DNA from: Octopus vulgaris
Lineage: Eukaryota
NCBI GenBank assembly: GCA_951406725.2
Contig: OX597833.1
Span: forward strand, 46,314,001 to 46,378,000
Direction of reading: 5' to 3'
DNA length: 64,000 bases
Below are positions 56,090-64,000 of the stretch, piece after piece. Both the position numbers and the translations under genes were made by a program. The notes beneath the pieces are model-generated. The model saw nothing but the letters and a program-made list of their open reading frames with translations. It ran no database searches and was not told the origin of the DNA. The first letter of the stretch is position 1. The number at the start of each line of letters is the position of its first letter.

Positions 56090-56434
56090 ACCGCCTTTAG
56101 TCGAGCAGATGGACCCCGGGACTTATTCTTTGTAAGCCCAGTACTTATTCTATCGGTCTCTTTTGCCGAACCGCTAAGTGACGGGGACATAAACACACCA
56201 GCATCGGTTGTCAAGCAATGCTAGGGGGACAAACACAGACACACAAACATATACACACACATACATATATACGACAGGCTTCTTTCAGTTTCCGTCTACC
56301 AAATCCACTCACAAGGCATTGGTCGGCCCGGGGCTATAGCAGAAGACACTTGCCCAAGATGCCACGCAGTGGGACTGAACCCGGAACCATGTGGTTGGTA
56401 AGCAAGCTACTTACCACACAGCCACTCCTGCGCC
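56090..56434 (-). mobile_element. SINE family A
   Basis: Close match to 43722-44134. Confidence 0.9.
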
Positions 56435-56459
56435 TATACATATACATATACAGATATAC

Positions 56460-56524
<65 letters not shown>

Positions 56525-56530
<6 letters not shown>

Positions 56531-56885
56531 TATATGCATACGTATATGTGCATGCATACATCTGTACATATATATATGCATATGTGGGCACAGGACGTCA
56601 CGAAACGTGTACAACAAAAATATACGAAGCACAAGTACATGAACTATTCTTTCGAACAACGAAAGACACAAATGGAAAACAAAAACAAACAACATAAAAA
56701 ACGACCCTTCATCAGTTGTTGGCTGCTTTCCTAGTCTCGTATTTCAAGCATTTAACAACAATATACGCTTTCGATAAAACAGTTCCTTCCGCAAAGCAAA
56801 TTAAATCAAATTGGGGATTTTGCGGAGGGTCTAAATTTGTAGCACAAACAGGACAATAAAAACAAATAGGAAGGACTGCTAAGCC
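56525..56885 (-). mobile_element. Family R copy 2
   Basis: Inverted homologue of 60185-60460; shares hairpin and core motifs with 2462-2862. Confidence 0.8.
56704..56782 (-). ncRNA. Candidate non-circularly permuted hammerhead ribozyme, intact core
   Basis: - strand: cuguuuu-aucgaaag-cgua-UA/uuguug-uuaaau-gcuu-GAAA-uacg-agacuagg-aaagcag-c-caacaa-CUGAUGA-a-gggu. Predicted cleavage after AUA, between 56762 and 56761. Confidence 0.72.
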
Positions 56886-56892
56886 TAAACGA

Positions 56893-57280
56893 ATGGCTGT
56901 GTGGTAAGTAGCTTGCTTGCCAATCACATGGTTTCGAGTTCAGTCCCACTGCGTGGATATCTTGAGCAAGTGTCTTCTACTATAGCCGCAGGCCGACCAA
57001 AGCCATGTGAATGGATTTGGTAGACGGAAACTGAGAGAAGCCCGTCGTATTCAAATATGTGTATGTATTTAGTGTGTGTCTGTGTTTGTCCCCCTGCCAT
57101 CGCTTGACAACCGATGCTGGTGCGTTTATGTCCCCGTCACTTAGCAGTTCGGCAAAAGAGACGGATAGCATAAGTACCAGGCTTACAAATAATAAGTCCT
57201 GGGTGGATTTCTTCGACTATAAACGCTTTAAGGTTGTGCTCCAGCATGGCCGCAGTCAAAATGACTTAAACAAGTAAAGT
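56893..57280 (+). mobile_element. SINE family A
   Basis: Head TGGCTGTGTGGTAAGTAG through tail AACAAGTAAA. Confidence 0.88.
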
Positions 57281-57382
57281 TATAAAAAAATAAAAGTATA
57301 TATAAACATGTTTAATAGAAATATTATACTGCTTGTATTATACTTCTATGTTTAATAGAAATATTATACTGCTTGTTTATAA

Positions 57383-57583
57383 AGTTAATCCAAACAAGAA
57401 AACAAAAAGACAGCAACACAAGGATGTGGAACAAATAAAGTATTATTGGACGCTCAGGAAAGAAGGGAAGAAGGAGGGTTTGACGTTTCGAGCGGAGCTC
57501 TTCGTCGGAAACATAGGAGAAAGAAAGATCCCGAGACGGGAGGACAGGAAATAAATTGCAGGTAGTATTCACGAGGTCACATA

Positions 57584-57584
<1 letters not shown>
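57383..57584 (-). mobile_element. Penelope-like terminal-repeat relic
   Basis: Homologous to 17048-17230; abuts (TA)n. Confidence 0.65.
57478..57512 (-). ncRNA. Minimal type I hammerhead ribozyme motif, core CCGACGA
   Basis: - strand: guuu-CCGACGA-a-gagc-ucc-gcuc-GAAA-cg-UC/aaac; predicted GUC cleavage between 57482 and 57481. Confidence 0.72.
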
Positions 57585-57651
<67 letters not shown>

Positions 57652-58277
57652 CACACACACATATATATATATATTTATTTAAAGGGCTAAAAACCACTAT
57701 GTGGTCAGCCATATGCTATATATATATATACATATGTACATACACACACACACACACACATATATATATTCACGCGCACACATGCACACACACAAACACG
57801 CACACACACACGCACAGATATATACACATAGACATATACACATACGCACAAACAAGCATATACATACAATGTACAGGACGTGTGTACGAAATGTGGATGA
57901 GATGTATAGAATGTACGTGTCTTTGTTAAGAGTTGTAGAGACACACATACATACATACATACAGATAGGCCGAGAGACAGTGCGTGTGTGTCCATGAGTG
58001 TACCTGCGTGTCAGTGCGAATGTGTGAGCGCGTGAATGGAAAGGAGGATGTCCACGTCAGTGGCTTCGTAATCTGTCGAACATAAACAAAAGAACAATTT
58101 TACACTGAATAAACCCCAAGTATGCTATATGTGCCCGATGTTTTATCTAAATCATTTCAAGGACGGTTGAATTCCTAAACATGTCTGATCATCCGTCACT
58201 CACAACCACAACCACACAGACGCACATACACATACACACACACGCGCATGCACACACACACACACACACACAGACTT

Positions 58278-58344
<67 letters not shown>

Positions 58345-58945
58345 TACTCTTTTACTTGCTTCAGTCATTTGACTGCGGCCATGCTGGAGCACCGCCTTTA
58401 ATCGAGCAACTCGACCCCGGGATTTATTCTTTTGTAAGCCCAGTACTTATTCTATCGGTCTCTTTTGCCGAACCGCTAAGTGACGGGGACGTAAACACAC
58501 CAGCATCGGTTGTCAAGCAATGCTAGGGGGACAAACACAGACACACAAACACACACATACGACGGGCTTCTTTCAGTTTCCGTCTACTAAATCCACTCAC
58601 AAGGTTTTGGTCGGCCCGAGGCTATAGTAGAAGACACTTGCCCAAGGTGCCATGCAGTGAGACTCTGGCACCCTGTCGGCTACAACGGCGTGGGTTCAAG
58701 CTGATCCGATCAACGGGACAGCCTGCTCGTTAAATTATCGTGCAAGTGGCTGAGTGCTCCGCAGACACGCGTACCATTAACGTAGTTCTCAAGAGGACAA
58801 GGCCGGCCATTTGAAATAGAGGTACAACTCATTTTTTACCAGCTGAGTGGACTGGAGCAACGTGAAATAAAGTGTCTTGCTCAAGGACGCAACGCGTCGT
58901 CGGGAATTAAACGGATGACTTTATAATCATGAGGTGAATACACCA
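58345..58945 (-). mobile_element. SINE family A (58345-58663) abutting a chimeric C/D SINE (58665-58945)
   Basis: Matches to family A and to 26465-26752. Confidence 0.82.
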
Positions 58946-58994
58946 ATTCAGTCAACTTCACGCATGCGCTTACACACGTGCGTGAGTGTGTGTG

Positions 58995-59027
<33 letters not shown>

Positions 59028-59659
59028 CTTGCGTGAGTGTACGCTTCTATTATTTTGCTTAACTAGTCATTGGCCGTATTGGCTTTCTTTTGCCAAAGCA
59101 CTAAGTTACAGGGACGTAAACAAACCAACGCCAGTTGTTAAGTTGGGAGAAGAATAAAGAGAGATACGTACACACATACACACACACATATGTACACACA
59201 CATATAGTGAAATAAATGGATGGATAGGTAGATATATGAATACACACACACGCTCATTCACACACACACATATAGTGAAATGGATGGATAGATAGATATG
59301 TAAGTACACACTCTCCCTCTCACTCTCTCTCTCTCTCTCTCTCACACACATACACACACACACACGCACACATGAACACACATATGTACGGTGCATCTTG
59401 CGTCGGTTTTGACGACGAGCATTTATAGTTCGGCCATTCAACTCCTTGCTCATTAAACTTACATGGATGTGACTGAGTTCTCCATAATTATGTCAAGTTC
59501 TTCTGGAGGTAATCTTCAGGCAAACTAGCCTTTAATACAGTATGTGATATCACTGTTCCTTTGATTACAGTTACAATCTATTTGACGGGCTTCGACAGAT
59601 TCTATCTGCCGGATCTTGTTCGGATTGGGTTAATCCAACATTATGGTAAAAGACTGACA

Positions 59660-59803
59660 AAATTTGCCCGCCTCTCAGATTCACACATTTCCTGCAGCGG
59701 TTCTTCAATTTTTCTAAGCCCTGTACAAGAACTCGAAAGGTTGGGCCTCCAACCAGGCCTTTCGCAACACCCTTAAAGCCGGGGAATTTTCAGCACCACC
59801 TCG
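59660..59803 (-). mobile_element. Mariner deletion relic
   Basis: TA|CGAGGTGGTGCTGAAAA TIR-like start followed by AWLEAQP...GLEKLKNRCRKCVNLRG. Confidence 0.7.
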
Positions 59804-59875
59804 TATATTCATTGTGATGTTTAGCATGACCGCAGGCTGCCAAGTATGGAAGAATAAAGGTATTATAAAATTAAA

Positions 59876-59934
<59 letters not shown>

Positions 59935-60122
59935 AATATATATGTATATATCACTGGATTGGGAGAAAGCGCTAATAATCCGAATGATATGATCTGAATG
60001 ATATGATAGATATATATATGTAAAAAATGTAATATATAAATAAATATCTATAAATATGAACCATCCGATCTGATTACCTCATTTTTTCTAATATATAATA
60101 CCTGTACATCATCTCCAAACCT

Positions 60123-60184
<62 letters not shown>

Positions 60185-60188
<4 letters not shown>

Positions 60189-60354
60189 GCTCGAAATACA
60201 AGACTAGAAAAACAGCCAGCAATTAATGAAGGGTCGTTCTTTATGTTGCTTGTTTTGTTTTCCATTTGTATCTTTCGTTGTCCAGTTCATGTTCCATGTA
60301 CTCGTCCTTCGTATTTTTTCTTGTACACGTTTCGTGACGTGCTGTGCCCACCTA

Positions 60355-60405
<51 letters not shown>

Positions 60406-60460
60406 GTATAGATGTGTGTACGTATACGTATGCATATATGCATACATATATATATTATTT
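60185..60460 (+). mobile_element. Family R copy, 5' truncated, core mutated (UUAAUGA)
   Basis: aaau-gcuc-GAAA-uaca-agacuag-aaaaacag-ccagcaa-UUAAUGA-a-gggu directly after a TA tract. Confidence 0.75.
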
Positions 60461-60524
60461 ATATTACATTATATATATATATATCAGATTATAATTATTA
60501 TTGCTGAGCACACATACCACATCG

Positions 60525-60708
60525 GAGAGAATGTTTAGCGGCATATCGTTCGTCTTTACATTCTGACTTCAAATTTCTCCGAGGTTGACTTTGCCTTTCA
60601 TCCTTTCAGGGTCGATAAAATAAGTACCACTTAAGCACTTGGGCCGATGCATTCGACTTAGCCCCTCACCCCAAATTCCAGGCCTTCTGCCTACAACAGA
60701 AAGGGTTA
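60525..60708 (+). mobile_element. SINE family B
   Basis: Single core. Confidence 0.8.
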
Positions 60709-60921
60709 TTACTTTCTTTTACACGTTTCAGTCATTTGACTGCGGCCATGCTGGAGCACCACCATAAAGGGTTTTAGTCGAGGAATTCGACCCCAAGACT
60801 TATTCTTTATAAGCCTAGCAATTATTCTATTGGTCTTTTGCCGAACCGCTAAATTACGGAGACTTAAACACACCAACATCGGTTGTCAAGCAATGGGATG
60901 GGGAGAAATACACACTCATAA

Positions 60922-60955
<34 letters not shown>

Positions 60956-60968
<13 letters not shown>

Positions 60969-61026
60969 TGTATGCATATATACATACATATATGTACATA
61001 CTTACATCTACATGTATATATACATG

Positions 61027-61078
<52 letters not shown>

Positions 61079-61445
61079 TACAGGACACCACAAATAAACG
61101 TGGAACACAACGAGAGACGAGAACATAAAATCAAACAAGGAAACAGAGTACAGGACAAACAATACAAGGAAAATTCCCCTTCATCAGCTGTCCCTGGTTC
61201 GACTCAAAGTGTGTTTCGAAGGTAAGGACAGAGCAGAGTCGAAGCAGTCCTTCCTGCAAAAGTACTTAAATAAAATTCTTTTGCAGAGGGGTAAAACAAG
61301 TGACAAAAACAGGACGTAAAAGCAATACAAATGAAGAAAAAAACAATACAAATGAAGAAAAAACAGTACAATAAATATAACAGGACAGGAAACAGACAAT
61401 AAGGGCTTTTTTTGCCTGGACGGTGGAAAAATTAGTTAGAACGCT
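60956..61445 (-). mobile_element. Family R copy 3
   Basis: Closest to 2462-2862, including the ATAAATAAATAAAA..TATGCATATATACATACATATATGTAC end. Confidence 0.8.
61176..61243 (-). ncRNA. Rearranged hammerhead motif with non-canonical cleavage triplet (GCU)
   Basis: - strand: uucgacuc-ug-CU/cuguccuu-ac-cuuc-GAAA-ca-cacuuu-gagucgaa-cc-agggacag-CUGAUGA-a-gggg. Confidence 0.62.
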
Positions 61446-61639
61446 TTATATATATACACACACACACACACACACGATGGGCTTCTTTCAGTTTCTGTCT
61501 GCCAAATCCACTCACAAGGCTTAAATCAGCTCGAGGTTATAGTAAAAGACACGTGCCGAAGATGCCACGCAGTGGGACTGAAACAGGAACCATGTGGTTG
61601 GGAAGCAAGTTCCTTACCAAACAGCCATGTCCTAACTTC

Positions 61640-61709
<70 letters not shown>

Positions 61710-61965
61710 TGTGTGTGTATGTAAGTGTGTGTGTGTGTAAGTGTGTCTGTGTGTAAGTGTGTCTGTGTGTAAGTGTGTCTGTGTGTAAGTGTATCTGTGT
61801 GTGTAAGTGTGTATGTGTATGTGTGTGTGTGCGTGTGTGTGTATGTGTATGTCTGTGTGTGTGTAAGTGTTTGTGTGTGTGTACATGCAGACACACACAT
61901 ATGTATATACATGCCTGAAAAGTTTACATGTACCTATAATAGCTGTAACTGTCACATCTAAGTGA

Positions 61966-62053
<88 letters not shown>

Positions 62054-62554
62054 AAGAAAGGAATGACTGCGAAATGGAAGCCAGAAAGTGACTCGACATG
62101 AAGTTGCCTGGGGGTGAGGAAATTAAGTCCAATGCGATCAGCCAGTTTCATTGCATAATTCAAATTAAGTGGCAAACTTGTTGGCAGACGATAGCTATCA
62201 GAATGCGGCGTATCCCCATGGGATTTTAGCACCCATATCGGGAAAGTCACCGAGTACATCACTTGCCAAAACCGTTAGGTTGAAATGGGGCAGTATAAGT
62301 ACACACACACACACACACACATACACACACACACAAATACACACGCACACGCATGCACACATATACACACAAATACACACACAACAAATAGACACGAGCA
62401 CACGTACAAACTCACACAGAAACATGCTTACATAAAGTACTTTAGTCTTAAAAATACATGCATTATTATATACGCATATGTGCGTGTATGTATGTGTGTG
62501 TATCTGTATGTATGTATGTATGTATGTATGTATGTATGTATGTATGTATGTATG

Positions 62555-62620
<66 letters not shown>

Positions 62621-63596
62621 TGTATGTATGTATGTAGGTAGGTAGGTAGGTAGGTATACATATGTATACATATGTGTGTGCATCACAGTCATATTTTCAA
62701 TATATCATTCCAAGCTACTTTATCTTTATGCGTGGGTGAGTGTTTGTGCGTGTGTATATGTGTGTTTGTGTTTGTGTGCATATGTGCATGTATGTACGTA
62801 TGTATGTATGTATTTCTTTAAAAGGAGAATAGCTTAGATATGATATACTGAAAATACGAATCTTGTTAGGATTTAATCTTTTCTATTAGAAAGTTTTTCG
62901 TATCTGCCTATCAGACCCTTGTAGTTAGTTTTGGGAATAATAAAGTTCCCGAATTTATTTATCAACTTTTCTTAGCTATCTCAGCCCCATCTTCAGGATT
63001 TGGAGTGATGATGTGTTCAGTACTTTCTCTTTTGATAGCGGACGGTTTTTGTTCATGCTAATTTTGCAGGCAAAATTTGACCGTTGGAGCATTAGAGTTC
63101 CACGTTATCAGATTTGTATGTCCTCTTGCTTTTAATTATTTAAAGTCTTCCTGTATGTATCCAGTTCTACAGTTCTACTGCGTGGTAGCATTTATCCTGA
63201 CAGGAATCGTTAAGAGGCGGAAGTGGAATTCAAAGTGTTGAAATTGTTTGCCAATAGCAGACTCCATCATTTTTGAAGTGCAGTAAGTAAGACAGACGAA
63301 ACGATAGCTAATGGAATCAGAAGTTAGGATGCCCTTTTCCGAAATGGGACGCATTTGTATCATGTAGAGCGATAGAAACATATCAGGTGAGAGAGTGAGG
63401 AAGACAGAGAATGGGGAATATAAATGAAGTAAGGGATATTATCAGGCCTGATAAACTAGTTGATGAAGAGGCGACAAGAACTTCCACACACTTCGCCTGT
63501 AAGTGCGCCTGGAGAGAAAGACTTATGGATTTGGAAAGAAATATTTTAGTTGGAAAATTACTCAAAATGTGCAATGGTTAAGAAGCCAGATATACA

Positions 63597-63727
<131 letters not shown>

Positions 63728-63831
63728 CACACTCATATTTCGAGTTCTGTTTTTCCTGTTTGCATCAGCAAACCCCTCACTCTCTGTCTCTCTGTCTCTC
63801 TCTTTCTCTCTCTCTTTCTTTCTCTCTCTCT

Positions 63832-63891
<60 letters not shown>

Positions 63892-64000
63892 GCGCGTGTG
63901 TGTGTGTGTGTGTATTTATTTAAATACAAATGTCTTATGTTATAACAAAAACAATTTTACATTTAATTGAAGGATAACTCAATACATTTGGTAGAGTACA

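Larger units (their letters stand above)
60715..61628 (-). mobile_element. SINE family A split by a family R insertion
   Basis: Tail at 60715-60915, head at 61475-61628; family R copy 3 lies in the central microsatellite. Confidence 0.82.

Noticed and set aside
57308-57378. 29-bp direct duplication
   Set aside because: Simple local duplication with no further structure.
61176-61243. HDV-like or canonical type II reading of family R
   Set aside because: No HDV P1/P1.1/J4-2 pattern was found, and the sequence between GAAA and CUGAUGA cannot form local stem I and III hairpins; the partner strands lie upstream.
62915-63000. CUGAAGA-ugggg...uccc-AAAA on the - strand
   Set aside because: GAAA is absent and there is no convincing stem I or cleavage triplet.
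63166-63387. Possible + strand exon ending cag|gtgaga
   Set aside because: Weak acceptor and multiple stop codons; unsupported.

Overview
AT-rich eukaryotic non-coding DNA, inferred from its repeat content to be from a coleoid cephalopod (most likely Octopus). It is saturated with microsatellites, modular tRNA-derived SINEs, Tc1/mariner/pogo relics, non-autonomous Helitrons and MITEs. Nearly all ORFs in the supplied track are microsatellite or SINE artefacts. The only recognisable protein-coding sequences are decayed transposases; a few candidate spliced exons of unknown genes are weakly supported. The main signal is RNA-structural: about 12 hammerhead-ribozyme-like motifs sit in short non-autonomous repeats, mostly embedded in (TA)n tracts. 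Five belong to one ~350-490 bp family in which the three hammerhead segments occur in a non-circularly permuted order (cleavage triplet, then GAAA, then CUGANGA), with compensatory changes in stems I and III across copies. The others are Penelope-type type I hammerheads. Ten of the twelve motifs are on the - strand, and both + strand copies are truncated. All structures were read by eye and none has been folded computationally or tested. Repeat boundaries are approximate.
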